A stretch of 64,000 nucleotides of DNA from Nageia nagi (Eukaryota > Plantae > Pinophyta), in the NCBI GenBank assembly GCA_050084985.1, contig JBITNC010000001.1, positions 28,148,001 to 28,212,000 of the forward strand. Direction: 5' to 3'. Below, piece after piece: positions 30,001 to 40,930 of this stretch. The notes beneath the pieces are model-generated. The model was not told where the DNA came from. It worked only from the letters and a program-made list of their open reading frames with translations, and made no database searches. Position numbers and translations under genes: made by a program. Numbering within the stretch: position 1 is the first letter of the stretch; each line of letters begins with the position of its first letter.

Positions 30001-33000
30001 ATTTGATCCCGAGTAAAAAATCGTCAACGTCAATACAGGTGCAGCAATGAAGTTAAAAAACAGAAAAAACTACATTTCTAGTGTTCGCTTTCAACCAGCA
30101 GCCAAGAGGGCTAGGCTAAACAAGGAAAACAACATTGTTTACAATTTCGCAAAGACTCCAACACATCCAAATAAGTTTCTAAACCTTTTTCCAATGGTTT
30201 TTTAGTGTTGTTCGGTATTTCTCCATTTGTTTTTCTGCTGTTTTTTTCTAGTTTGTCAATGATTTTTAGTGGGTAAATTTGTTGTTTTTTTACAACTACA
30301 AGTATGATTTCATAATGGCTAAAGAGGGACCCTGTTTTGACTCATTACAAAGAAACTAGAAAAGCAGGCACTAATATTTGCAATTACTGCAACGAAACTA
30401 TTATTGGAAGCACACTCAGGATGAAGTATGATTTCGCGAGAATCCTTGTGAAAAATGTTAGACCTTGCCCCAAGGTGGGCATTGATGTAACTAGGCAAAT
30501 GAATGCCTACTTGGAGGCCCAACAACAAAAAAAGGGACGCAAAGAAAAGGGCACCAAAAGAGATGGTCAGAACTCCATCTTTCCCATTGCCACCTCCACC
30601 TCCACCCATAGGGTTTCCTTCTTCTACCCATGAAGAAGGTAGTGCCAGTGCCAATGTAGAACAAACCAACAAGATTAAGCACTCAACTAGCATTTCATTT
30701 TTTGTAGGCACTAGTGGTGCAAGGAGGTGTGATTTCTTCACCCCTCATGGTGCCCGAACCACACTTGATTCAACATGGAATAGGGTTAAGTTTAAAGAAG
30801 CTAGAAAGGCAATAGGAAATTTTTGGTATTACTTTGATATTCCCTTCAATGTGGCGAACTCACCATATTAGGACTACAAAGTTCATGCAAATTTGTAGTT
30901 TGTGGTCCTGGGCTCAAAGCACCAACTTAACATGAATTGCGAGGACCTATACTTGAGGAGGTTGTCTTAGACATTAGGGAGGCTTATTGAGGAGTAGAAA
31001 AAGATTTGGAAAAGAAAGGGTTGCAACATTCTCAATGATGGCTAAATCGATAAAAGGGGAAAAAATTGTTGAACTTTTTACTTTCTTCTTCAGGAGGTCT
31101 AGTCTTCCTTAAGTCAATGGATGTATCAAGAAATATAAAAAATGCCATGTATTTATTTGGCCAACTACAAAGGTCATCGAGGAGGTGGAGGTTGAGAACA
31201 TTTGTGCGAGTAAATTTTCTATCCATTTCATTTTGGTTTCTTTTGTGCAAGTTATCAAGTTTTGATTTAAATTTCCAATAATTAATTCATCCTTCATTTA
31301 AATTTTATGTTGTGCAAGTTATCACGGCTAATGCTTATGCATATGTTTCAACAGGGAGGGTGATTGAGGACACATTCCCCACCATTTCATACACTCCTTG
31401 TGTTGCACATGTCATCAATTTATGTCTCGAGGACATTGGAAAGATTAGTTGGATGAAGGAGGTTGTAGAAAAAACAAAAATATCACCAAGTATATCTACA
31501 ATCATTCTTGCCTCAATTTGATGAGGACAAAATTCACAGACAGAAAAGAGCTACTACATTCAAGTACAATTTCTATCTTTTCTTAATTTTCATTTATTTT
31601 ATTTTCAATTTTTTCATTAAAATAATTTTCGATTGAAAGACAGATTACAAATTTATTTGTCACTTGTACATGCAAGTGTTACACAATTTGCTACATCATT
31701 TATTTCATTGCGGAGTGTTTATAACAAACGAGTTGCATTGAAGCAAATGTTTGTGTACAACAAGTGGTTGGAGTCTAGATATGCACATGAACCTGAGGGC
31801 GGGAATGTAGTTGTGGCAATCTTTGATGTTGATTATTGGAAGGAAGCACATGAGATTATTAACGTATAAATCTTATAAGTCTATATTAATTTTCTACTTT
31901 CGTACTATTCTTATATAAAATTAATTAACAAATTTATTAATTTAGTTGCGTATTTTGCTTTGCAAATTCTTGAGCCCTAAAAGAGGGTGCTTTGCCTCGT
32001 GGACTAAAACAAACCCTCTATGGTGTACATATACAAGATGATGGATAGGGCCAAGTAGGCCATAGAGACTTTACAATCATGACGCAATTAGGTTTTGTAC
32101 CATTTGGGAGATGATTGATCGTAGGTGGACGAATCAATTGCATAAGCATCTATAGGCAACAGGGTTTTACATGAACCCCAAGTTCTATGAGGAAAATTTT
32201 GGTCCCTTGAATGGGGAGATTAATGAAGGTCTTCACTAGACTATTACTCAACTTTGAGGATTTTGAATTCAATTTTCAAGAATCAACTTTAATTTCAATT
32301 TTCAACTTTACCTATTGAATTACCCTATATTCGCTTTTGATAAACATTTACAAGCCTCCACTGAGCTCTTAATTGTATGGTGACTAATGTGGAAACTAGG
32401 TGCAAAATTTTCAAAAAAGAGATTCAAGATTACAAGAAAGCATCAAGCTACTTGTTTGCACCTCCAGCATGTGTAGATGCAAGGACAACACTAGCTCTAG
32501 ATAGCACAATAAATTTTTATGTTTTTTTAAAGTGAATTACCAAATTATTAACAAGTTCAAAAATGAAAAAAAAAAATTGTGTTCTTTTATTTTTTTCCAG
32601 GTGTGTTGGGATGATTATGGCAATAATGCACAAAATCTTGTCCAACGATGCAGTACTTATGGGTTTGAAAGAAATTGGAGCACTTTCGAGCATATACATT
32701 CGAAGAAGCACAATAGGCTCACCAAAGAGCGCTTGAATGATCTAGTTTTTGTGGATTAGAACTTTCGCCTCCATCATAGACAAATTGAAGGAACTAGTCA
32801 TGATGCAATAAAGTTGGATGAAATTGATCCAACTAACCCGTGGGCCTCATGCTGGAGGGATGTGCCAAAACATGTTAAGAGATTTTGATTTCAATTTTCA
32901 ACTTAACCTATTCAATTTGAATATAATAGCTTTTGATAGGCATTTACAAGTTAAGGATTTTGATTTCAACTTTTTGGATGTTGAAAGGTTCGTACAAGAA

Positions 33001-36000
33001 GCTATTGCAAGGGCAGAGGTAGAGGAAAGGGCAGCCACAACAACAAGATTAGAGTCATGAGCACAAAAAGGGGGTCCATCACAAGGACAAGTAGAACTAG
33101 AACCAAACCAAGGCCAGAGTAGCAAAAGACAGACAAAGAAAGGGGAAAGAAAGCCAAAGAAGATAAATGTTTCATTTTAGATTTTGTTTTGTCAAATTGA
33201 AAATCTTTGATGTATTTTGATCCTTGGACATTAAATATTTAATACAACACTCTACATTTTCCAATGTTACATTATGTTATCACTTGTGTAATGTGTTAAT
33301 TGATATGGAATGTTGTGTTATTTGATATAGAATGTTGAGAGAGTTAAAAATGATTCATTTAAATGTCTAATAGGGAAAATCCTCAATTTTTCTTATTTGT
33401 CGATTCCTAATTAATCAAATCCTCCAACCAAATGATTTTTTGTCGAATCCAATTCTGACAACTATGACTTTAACCTAACTCCCAAGCCATCACCTTAGTT
33501 GTCACCCTTAACAACTTTGTTCCTTACTCTTGCAATGTTGATGTCTATAACCTTTCTTTTTATCAATTAGATTCATTCCAGACATACTCCTTCATGCATT
33601 TAATTATCTCAACTTCCATCTTCTCTATAAGACTAATGAATTGTTGCTACATCAAAGTCTTTTCCAAAATGTTCATCAACACCATAGTGATAATTTCAAT
33701 GATTCCTAATTTCAATGTGTCTTGAGCATAGTTGTAAAACTCAGACTTGGCTTGGAAGTTGTGATGACCAATGTTTTGACCAATATGATAACCAAATAAA
33801 ACTTTCAATCGCCCTTCTAATGTGATGTATATCATTATCTTCTTTGCAACCTCATCCCATGGCCTTGGTAAATGTCATGTGCCTTTTTTACACTTATGCC
33901 TTTTGGAAATTTATAATGACCCATGGGATCCATTGGGGGCTTGACATCACCCTTTAGGGAATGTCTAAGCACATGTTAATTATAATTTAGGAGTGAATTT
34001 GGTAGTAGGAGCATTTATTGATAGTTTCACAAGTATTTACGCATCTTTGTAACCAAGTGAAGGGAATACGTGGGTCCTAGAGACCAAGTTGTGAGTCCAA
34101 TGTGGGAAGTCTCCCTCCTTGGATAGATAATAGGCTTTTAGTTGTGTCATGTTTGATTGTTAAGATCCCAAGGGTGATTATGCACATCCCAAGGATAGAT
34201 TCATGCACTAGAACATTGACGCCAAGCACTTGATGACTTCTAGGTGAGATCTAGATGTCAAGGTGAGGTGTCCAGCTATTAATAGACCCAGAGCAAGATT
34301 GAGAGGGAGCTTACGATGATTTTTGATATATGTTTGACACTTCAAAGTTGGTGTAAGCCATCTCTTGGGCCTCTTGTTGGACGAAAACCTGGCAAGACAG
34401 GAATCTAGCAGGATGCAACCCCGCCAAGTTTAGGAGCATTACTTCTATCCACTCGTGGACCACCAAGAGTTAGGAAGTGCCCTTTGGTGAAGCACCTAGC
34501 TTGTCTAAGGGAGTAGAGATTTAGTTCTTCATTGCGAGCTGAGCGCAAGTTGCATGGCAATAGTCACTTAGGGAGTTCTCATGCTACTTAGCAAGTTTTC
34601 ATGTTACTCGGCAAGTTTGACTATTATCAACACCAATAAGATACTTCTAATTTGACAAGAAACATTACTGCGAAACCCTAATTTTGTAATAACTTGGTTA
34701 GTCAAGCTCTAAATTTGATGAAATTTGAATTTCAACCACTTCAATATGTAATTGACAAATCCTCCAAATTTAACTGGAAATTTTGCAGAAATTTGAAAAA
34801 TATTCAAATTTGAAAACAGCTCTCTAAAGAAAAAACTTATGTGAATTTTCACCCACTAGTTGCCAACATATTGCTCTAATTACCACTTGAAATGATAGTA
34901 CTTATAGATAAGAGATGCAATAGTATTTCAAAATGAATAATTCTTTCAATAATATGAAAGATATAAATCTTCGAAGAATTACAGTAAAGCCACTTCAACA
35001 TGGCAACTCCCCTTTAACCACTTCAAGAGGACTGATCTTCAAATATTCGCCAATGAAAGACAAATATAGAAATATATAATATTTCATATTTGATGAAAAA
35101 TTTGAATGAATCCTTTCCTCTATATAATATATATTCTAGTTAAAGGACACATCCTTAAGAAAATTAATAAACCTATGATTAACACATAAGTAGTATTAAT
35201 TATAAGGTGGTATGATCAGATTATTATTAGCAAATTAATTAATAGATAATTATATTAGGTTCATAACATATACATGACCTCTTTTTTAACACCCTTGTAG
35301 AAAATATCAGCATTCCAAAAGAATTAACGGAAACCTTCGATCTTTCCTTTACTCTCAAATCTGTTCAGTTGAATATGAAGTTTCAAAATGGTAAGTGGAG
35401 GCAAAATCGCCCAGCCACCTAGCCAATGTGTTAGAGAAATGACGGCTAAAGCCACTGGAGGTCAGCACAAAAAAAGGTTGCAAAGTGGGATTCTACTCGA
35501 TACAACTTTTGGGGAAAACACTCATTGTCATGCTCAGAAAATTGAAGCTAGCTACAAGCGAACCCGAACATCAGATGGCATCTTGGGTTAAGATGTTTGG
35601 ACCTCAAAACAATGTATTCATCAAAATTGCTAGGTAGGCTAAAGTAGCTCCATATATAGCCTAGAGTTAGGCTGCAATCGAGATCACAAGGTGGACAACG
35701 TACTACAAGGGATGCAAAAAGTTCACGATTAGGCAAAGCATGTCTAGATGAAGATGAAGGAGGTCCACCAGCTCCTCCAGCATGCGTTGAAAGGCAAGCA
35801 AAAGATGGTACTTCTGGACAAATGCAAAACAATCAAGTCAATGAAAACATGCAAAGGGCCTTAGAATTCACAAAGCTGGAGGAGTTTGATGAGTGGGTGA
35901 GGGAGCTCAATGCAGAAGAGACTCGTATGACCTACTGAAAAGGCTCAGTAAGGAGTATCAGCAGTATGAGAATAAAATATGGAATGTCATGAAACAAATG

Positions 36001-39000
36001 GAACAAGCAGAGGAGCAAGGCTGTTTAGAATGGTGTTGACAAAGCTGCAGCTTGTAATGTCCTAAAAATAAATATTTTTGTAAATGTCTCCTACACTTAA
36101 TTATGAAAGTGAAAAGTGGCTCATGTGACTAGGCGACATAACATTAAGTTATTTTCATTTATGTTTTATTTCTTTATGTTGTAATAAGGCACTTTAAGTC
36201 AAATTAGGGTTTGGAGATGTCAACTTGAAATTAGACCTTCAAGCTATACAAGAGGATGGAGCATCCCATTTTGAGTATGTATTTCCTATTATATGACTTT
36301 GTATCTAAAACCCTAGGTTTCTTAAGGAAGGTTGCGCCCTACTCAAACTCCACCATTGTTTAAGAGATGTGCCCTAGCTCTGTTGGAGGCATTTCCAGTT
36401 GACAAGAGATGAGCCTTGTTGTTGCATTTGCAAACTAAGGAGATGTGCCCTTAGTCACTTGAAATTGTTGTGGAAGAAATCCAACCAGTTCGTGGTGATT
36501 TTTGCTATTGTGTTTTGTGCCCTTGCTGCCCTAGAAGGGGTTTCCAGCTTTGTGAGCAATATTCAGCCAGATTTCTATGTTTTTTTTGAGTTAATAGAAA
36601 CCCTAAGGGGGGTTTATCCCACTCTGGGGAGTTTTCAGGTTCATTTTATGTTCATATTTGAGTACCTTTTTGGATGTTCTTTCATTCTATCCATTCAAAA
36701 ATTAATACAATTCTATCCTGACTGATTTTTCTAATTGTGGTCCAACATTTGTGCTAATTTCTGTGTTTGAGTATTCAGTTTTGTGTAAAAATCAGAAATG
36801 AGTCATTTCACAGCTTGCTCAACAAGGAATAATGTGTCTAGTGCCTACCAAGTGATCATCTTGATAGGTGTCCATGATATCTAAGATATCTACTATAATT
36901 TATTTTGTGTTGGGAATGTAGTCTTCGTAGAAACACGAAGAGCCTTTGCTGTCCAAAAGTCACCAGAGCATTTGGAGGTTTGTGGTGCTTGTTTGCCAAC
37001 ATGATGTGGAAGGCCATTAAAAACATAGCTTTTTGCTTTACAAGAATATAATATAAAGTCTCTTTTTGAGCAAAAAAAGTAGATAAAAGAAATTCATTAA
37101 ACACACAATTAGTCCATGAAAAATGAAAGAAATCAAACACATCAAGCAGCGAGTGATGTGGATTTAATGAATTTAAAGATTTAGAGATGACAAGTCTGTA
37201 AACCTGGGTTCACCATCTCCATAACCTAACAGCATTAGAGTTCCATTCCTGAAAACCACAGAGTCTAAGGCAACAACTGGCAGAAGCTGCTCCGACAGTG
37301 CAATGTTTACTCTTTTCTGGGTAACTGCTACAGATTTAGCAGCATGTTCATTAATCTTGTTTCTTATGTATCCCTCCATTGACTTCACAAATGTATTAAA
37401 GTGATCTGAAAATGCCATCAGAATACTCCCGTATGGAATGTGAAGCATGTGATCCTTTCTAAACACGGACTTTGTTTGGGTGATACTTCTAGATGTTATT
37501 AAGCTTGCAAGAACAGGAGGAGAACCCTGTGCTAAATTATTTTGACTCCATTCTTTTCTGTCTGTCGTACTAGTGTAATTAGCTGCTCCTTTGTCAATCT
37601 TGTTTTCTACGCACACTGATCCCTTACCCTGTGTTTCATAACGATTCTCACCAGTTTTCGAACTTCCAGTTATTTGGCATGAATCATGAATAGCCTGAAC
37701 CAAAGCTTTGTAGATTGAACCCTTTCCACTGTTGACAGTACTCATAGATGAATGCTCTAAATACTGGTGAGATGAGATTGTTCCATGCCCTAGGCTGCTG
37801 ATGTCTCCATCCATCAATGGAACATCATCAAGCTTCTTCAAAGAGACACTAGAATCGTCTGTCCATGTAGACCCAATTCCTGACATTGCATGATGATTCT
37901 TATCTGCCACTTCTTTATTTGATAGAGGTGACAGCAAAAAATTATCTTCATCCATTTTATTTGCAACACTCTTCCAATCATGTTCATCCTGATCTTCCAT
38001 ACCCTTCTTTCTCTCCTCTGCTAAACCAATTCCTCCACTATATCCTCCATCTTCCACATCAGATTGCTGCCCCTTGTCCAGGTTTTCGAAGTATCTTCGT
38101 GCTGCAGCAGCACTGTGATCAAGGTTTCTTCTCCGCAATGTCACTCTCTGAGACAAAGATTCATTCTTCTGAACTGACCTGCCTAGTTGAAACCATATAG
38201 GACTCACCATGTTTTCAATGAACCACCTTTTTACATTTGGGATAGGAATCTTCAAGATGAAAGCTCCATCCAAATTATCAAGATCAAAGCGACCATCTAA
38301 TCCGCTACTTTTACAAATACCTTCCATGCATTTGTGATGAACGTGATCTCTACTTACTTCATGTCTAAAGAAACCCCTTTCTAAAGTAACCTCTTCTTCA
38401 ATGGAATTCATGGAATCACAATTTACCACTTCTCCGGTAGGCAAAGTGTCGTCTCTGCCCAACAAGCTTGGCTCCTCGGCGTCTGCAAAGATATATCCCT
38501 CCTGAGCCCATTTTCTTGCTGCCCTCTTTCTTTCATCAGCTCTGTGAATAGCTGTTTGTTCCCTGGCACACCTCCTAGTTTTTGTTCGATGATCAATGCC
38601 CTCCTCATTTGAACTATGCTTTTCCAAAGAATTTTCTAGAGGAGTTGGAATACCAAGCCATGTCCAGTCTTCTTTCTGGGCAATCAAAATATGCGGTTCA
38701 ACCAAGACAGCATCAAGCACAATCTGCCGCCGCTTTAGGCTGGCCAAAGGTCGAATTCGAAGTCTAACACTTGGAAACTCCCCGCAAGAAAATTCTTCCG
38801 AATGGGGACCCACAGAACAAGATTCTAATGTGATTCCCAAAGGAGAAACCCTCTGAACCCTGCCCAAATTAAGCTTCCGACCCAGATAATCCCCCATAAC
38901 AGAAGCAACAGAAGGCAAAACTCTCTGATCAATGTATGATTGGGCTCTGGCTTTCCCATACAAAAACAGAACTCCAAGGACAACCATTGTAGCAGCATAT

Positions 39001-39503
39001 GCAGCACAGCGGATAAAAAATAGTCCTTCCCTCCAACGAGAAATGTGAGCAAATATTCCTTCCCTCAACCGAGAAAAGTGAGCTTTAATAAAACCCTGAT
39101 ATTGGCCATACAATTGCACTACATTTTGGGATTTCAGTTGCCTTCCGAGGAATTTGGCAACCTCGTTAAACTGCATATATGCTTCTACAAATAGGCTTTT
39201 TCGTTGACAGCAGGAAATCCTTCTTTTGCCTTGTTTGTTTCTACCTTGACCTATACGTTGCAGCTTATGTAACTCACATACTGGACTTTGTTGATCACTC
39301 GGGGGAATCGCAAGAAAACGCTTATTTAACTGCGCTAATCTCTTGTTGCCATTGCTATAAGCACTAAACTCTCCCACGTTCAAGGCATGCCTGTGACATG
39401 AACTTGGAAGAAAAGGATATGCAGCTAATCCATGGGAAAATGTTACACCCAAGGTACTCATCAAACTGCCATTGCAACTGGGCATTGCTGCCCCCAACGA
39501 CAT
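1..39503 (-). CDS. TIC236: TIC236 / EMB2410 / SSG4 (chloroplast inner-envelope TamB-like TOC-TIC linker); spliced gene span, 3' part beyond window start
   Basis: Nine exons join through GT-AG sites. They give motifs recalled from Arabidopsis TIC236: WREGLFFIRC, GPHSEEFSCGE, QKEDWTWLGIP, LDSVVFRNGTLMLLGYGDGEPR, AVFNCQGPLDAP, AAFDRVP, NFTFNTDNC, ADLYGIRATLVDGGEIRGAGNAWIC. Exon 5 carries one extra base. Confidence 0.95.
586..669 (-). CDS. TIC236: TIC236 coding exon 8
   Basis: ttgcag|ATG GCA GAC ... GAA GAG|gtattc; 84 nt; MADLYGIRATLVDGGEIRGAGNAWICEE. Confidence 0.94.
947..1174 (-). CDS. TIC236: TIC236 coding exon 7
   Basis: atgcag|ATA GCT GGT ... AAT TGT|gtgagt; 228 nt; IAGSLSAVFNCQGPLDAP...NFTFNTDNC. 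Confidence 0.94.
1292..1366. repeat. Two-copy ~38-bp tandem duplication
   Basis: ggccaagttttcaacatgt(ggt)aagatgaatttaccac twice. Confidence 0.85.
2850..3662. mobile_element. Non-autonomous hAT-type element (MITE)
   Basis: Perfect 8-bp TSD GTTTATAT (2842-2849, 3663-3670). Imperfect TIRs CAAGGAAACGAGGGGACAAGTCCCC / CAAGGTTGTCAGGGGATGTGTCCCC. Subterminal GGGGAC/GTCCCC motifs. Confidence 0.88.
3893..4632. repeat. Tandem duplication, ~374-bp unit x2
   Basis: Units start ttgaggttggcttttggcaatagatag at 3893 and 4267 and are nearly identical. Confidence 0.9.
6522..10457 (+). mobile_element. hAT DNA transposon, decayed autonomous copy
   Basis: Perfect 8-bp TSD GTAGGTAG (6514-6521, 10458-10465). TIRs CATAGATGGTTTAAT / CATAGTTGGTTTATT. 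Subterminal CGAA/CCGA repeats. Confidence 0.93.
7121..9859 (+). pseudogene. hAT transposase pseudogene (BED finger, DUF659/RNase H-like core, dimerisation domain)
   Basis: KCNLCGKEF, GPRYKAPT, LEDIGKLDWVK, ITKFIYNH, RPRVTRFAS, YEGMDRAKEAI, IDARW, CERN motifs; stops and frameshifts; introns ~7721-7847, ~8934-9083, ~9208-9337. Confidence 0.9.
12089..12643 (+). mobile_element. 3' half of an LTR related to the solo LTR at 28031-29187
   Basis: Shares atattttcaataaaatt and agg(g)tttgtaaatttt..tttgg blocks with the 28031-29187 LTR; ends ...gggaatattACA. Confidence 0.6.
13031..13093 (-). CDS. TIC236: TIC236 coding exon 6
   Basis: ttacag|GTC CCA AAT ... TAT CCT|gtaagt; 63 nt; VPNVEVNALMRALNARPPVYP. 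Confidence 0.9.
14570..15260. repeat. Extremely AT-rich low-complexity tract with short internal direct repeats
   Basis: attcatttttattcaaatttaaaatttatactt x2 and tttttaaataataaa x2; no TSD found. Confidence 0.55.
15805..15946 (-). CDS. TIC236: TIC236 coding exon 5 (apparent 1-nt insertion)
   Basis: attag|GCT CTA CAT ... TGC CAG|gtcata; 142 nt. Reads ALHGSLCFQGQRIF, then in the +1 frame LHNASCIFGEVPLEVSGDFGINPEDGEYHLMCQ. Confidence 0.9.
16257..17700 (+). mobile_element. LTR-like remnant filling most of TIC236 intron 4
   Basis: Start TGTGATGTCCCAAATATTTTCCAGCCTTGTA resembles the start of the 28031 solo LTR; 3' end and TSD not found. Confidence 0.55.
17792..17896 (-). CDS. TIC236: TIC236 coding exon 4
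   Basis: ttacag|GTT CAT ... TTT TCT|gtgcgt; 105 nt; VHIFMSRGEQFPKLHGQLDVKELEFQVLDSPSSFS. Confidence 0.93.
18990..19440. repeat. Dispersed repeat copy 1 (probable LTR fragment)
   Basis: Shares gatagactt(t)agcaa, aaacttc.attgat, aaatctgactcaaggaaa, atgatcaaatgagcatttg and ttttgagttcacc with 23190-23720. Confidence 0.7.
20471..21450. mobile_element. Non-autonomous hAT-type element (MITE)
   Basis: Termini CATAGTAGCCAGATTCG / CATAGTAATCAAACTCG; TSD ATGTAAAC / ATGCAAAC (7 of 8 match); AT-rich interior. Confidence 0.8.
21672..22300 (+). pseudogene. LINE (L1-like) ORF2 endonuclease fragment
   Basis: Degenerate NARG, FLIQETKL, EARGAS..LLTLWNP, TNVYAPN, WMVVGDFN, FT.TNRR and RLDRLL motifs. Confidence 0.85.
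23190..23720. repeat. Dispersed repeat copy 2 (probable LTR fragment)
   Basis: Homologous to 18990-19440, with an extra ~120-bp segment. Confidence 0.7.
26046..26105 (-). CDS. TIC236: TIC236 coding exon 3
   Basis: ctacag|CTT TTT GAA ... GGA AAG|gtgctc; 60 nt; LFERLLEIPIAWSNGRASGK (not in the ORF track frame). Confidence 0.92.
26305..26503 (-). CDS. TIC236: TIC236 coding exon 2
   Basis: tacgtag|G ATA ATG GAG AAT ... GCT CCA|gttagt; 199 nt; completes the AG+G Arg codon; IMENVNGHLNFQ...QQNWHVTIQAMNLFAP. Confidence 0.93.
26909..27249. mobile_element. Short hAT-type MITE
   Basis: Perfect 8-bp TSD GAAATAAT (26901-26908, 27250-27257); termini CAAGGTT / CAAGATT; repeated CATTCCC motifs. Confidence 0.85.
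28031..29187 (+). mobile_element. Solo LTR
   Basis: TGTAAT...ATTATA (decayed TACA end); TSD AAAGC / AAAGT; contains a (TTA)n run at ~28291-28313. Confidence 0.7.
29782..33466 (+). mobile_element. hAT DNA transposon, heavily decayed, with intron-rich transposase pseudogene (~30314-33170)
   Basis: Right TIR CATAGTTGTCAGAATTGG, degenerate left TIR CATTATTATCAAAATCGG, degenerate TSD around TTTAAC. Motifs MAKEGP..HY...CNYC, IPFNVANSPY, FLKSMDVS, TPCVAHVINLCLEDIGK, TQFAT, MDRAK, ERNWSTFEHIHSKKHNRL. Confidence 0.88.
33900..35268. mobile_element. Old LTR-retrotransposon-like remnants
   Basis: Minus-strand TGTTATGAACC start at 35268 with a TATA-like tatatagagg; boundaries unclear. Confidence 0.35.
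36053..36810 (+). mobile_element. Solo LTR
   Basis: TGTAATG...CATTTCA with a perfect 5-bp TSD CAGCT (36048-36052, 36811-36815). Confidence 0.88.
37204..39503 (-). CDS. TIC236: TIC236 coding exon 1 (transit peptide, TM helix, N-terminal region)
   Basis: Lies in ORF 37173..39527. First in-frame ATG at 39503 (MSLGAAMPSC...); nearby downstream ATGs are alternatives. Ends GAA CCC AG|gtttac (phase 2). Confidence 0.92.
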
Positions 39504-40557
39504 TGTCACATTCACCGGGAAAAGCACAAACCCAAAGTCATACTACCTGTTCCAGAATTACCTAACGATGTCTTCCGTTAAAAAAGTATTCCCTTGGAGT
39601 GAGATGCCAAGGTCTGAGAGGAAACTATGCCACATAACACAGACTTTTCCATAATTTCATAATGTGTAAACACCGTTATACCCACGGAATCCAACAAATA
39701 CAAACACCTTAACATCATTTCCATTAGCCCAAGTCCCTAATTTCCTTTCTCATATTGAGCACACTTTCCTGATTGCATACAGTTATGACTCCACCGAAAA
39801 TACCCCCGATACCATACCCTTGATTACTTCCCAGTAGAGAGAGCCCTTATCGGATATCCTTGTGCAGTCTGAAATTTACATTTATGTACACAAACAAATC
39901 TGTCACATAACAAAATACAATTTCCTGTCAATCTCCCGAGTATTTTCCACAAAAGGGTTCTTGTCACAAATCCTTGTACATGATGAAATTCAAATTTTCG
40001 TTCATATGAAAATCTAAATTCCTCTATTATAAAATGAAACTTTTAACATCAAATTCATTAATAGATTCCCCTCAGTATAAACCTGTATGCACCCAGTAAT
40101 TCAAATTCCTCACTATATGAAATTCTAAACTTCTCTGTTACATCAGAAAACGAAGAAATAATGCCCCTATAATTTCTCCTCAAATAAATCCCATGTTATT
40201 TAAATTTAGGGTCATATAAACTTCAAAGTTCTCTATTGCATAAACCAACCCCTAAATTGCAAATCCCTCTGTAAGTGAAATTCAAATGCCTGGTCATAAA
40301 AAGCTCCAAACCTCTCACTTGCATCATAGAACCCTAAAGTTCAAATCCCTCGATAATCTTCCACATAAACAATCCCTCTACCCCCTCAAATTCAAATCCC
40401 TCGACATAAACAAAACCCTACTCTCAATCAAATACTAAAAATCTCGTGAATAATTTAGATTTACCATACAATCCAAATTGACAGTGAAATTTCATCTTAT
40501 TAAATCAAATTTCTTTGTCAAATTCCTCCATGAAAAATCTCAGTAGAATTCTCTTAC

Positions 40558-40930
40558 CTGCGTAATTTGACCGCACGTCAAATTCGAAAAATTCTACATA
40601 TTTTGTCCAAATCTTCACCAAAATCGACAATATGGAGCTCTATAGACGCCTAATTTCATGCCCGCCACAAATCTGGAATTCAAAAGTAAAAATTATCGGA
40701 TTCGAAAGCAAGAAATGCAACGGCAGTATGCAGAGTTTGTGCGGGAATTTTGATTGGATCGCGGATGCACACAAGAAGAGAAATGGAGGGAGCACAGAAA
40801 TGTATGGAAATAAGATTACAATTTCTAGGAGCAACCAAACAAACTCGTGGAATCTACCAAATAAATATCATTAAATTTTACTTCGAGAATTTCGATACGT
40901 GAACGTTGTGTGTAGATACGTACACATCAA
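40558..40930 (-). promoter_or_regulatory. Probable TIC236 promoter and non-coding first exon
   Basis: CpG-retaining patch in a CpG-depleted window. Strong donor CAG|GTAAGA at 40558/40557; candidate acceptor tttcag at 39869; ACGT cores near 40897-40921. TSS not determinable. Confidence 0.55.

Noticed and set aside
37886-39654. Short ORFs overlapping TIC236 exon 1 on either strand
   Set aside because: Shadow frames of the real exon with no recognisable motifs.
40632-40874. Short ORFs at the promoter on both strands
   Set aside because: No homology recognised; better explained as promoter and 5' UTR.
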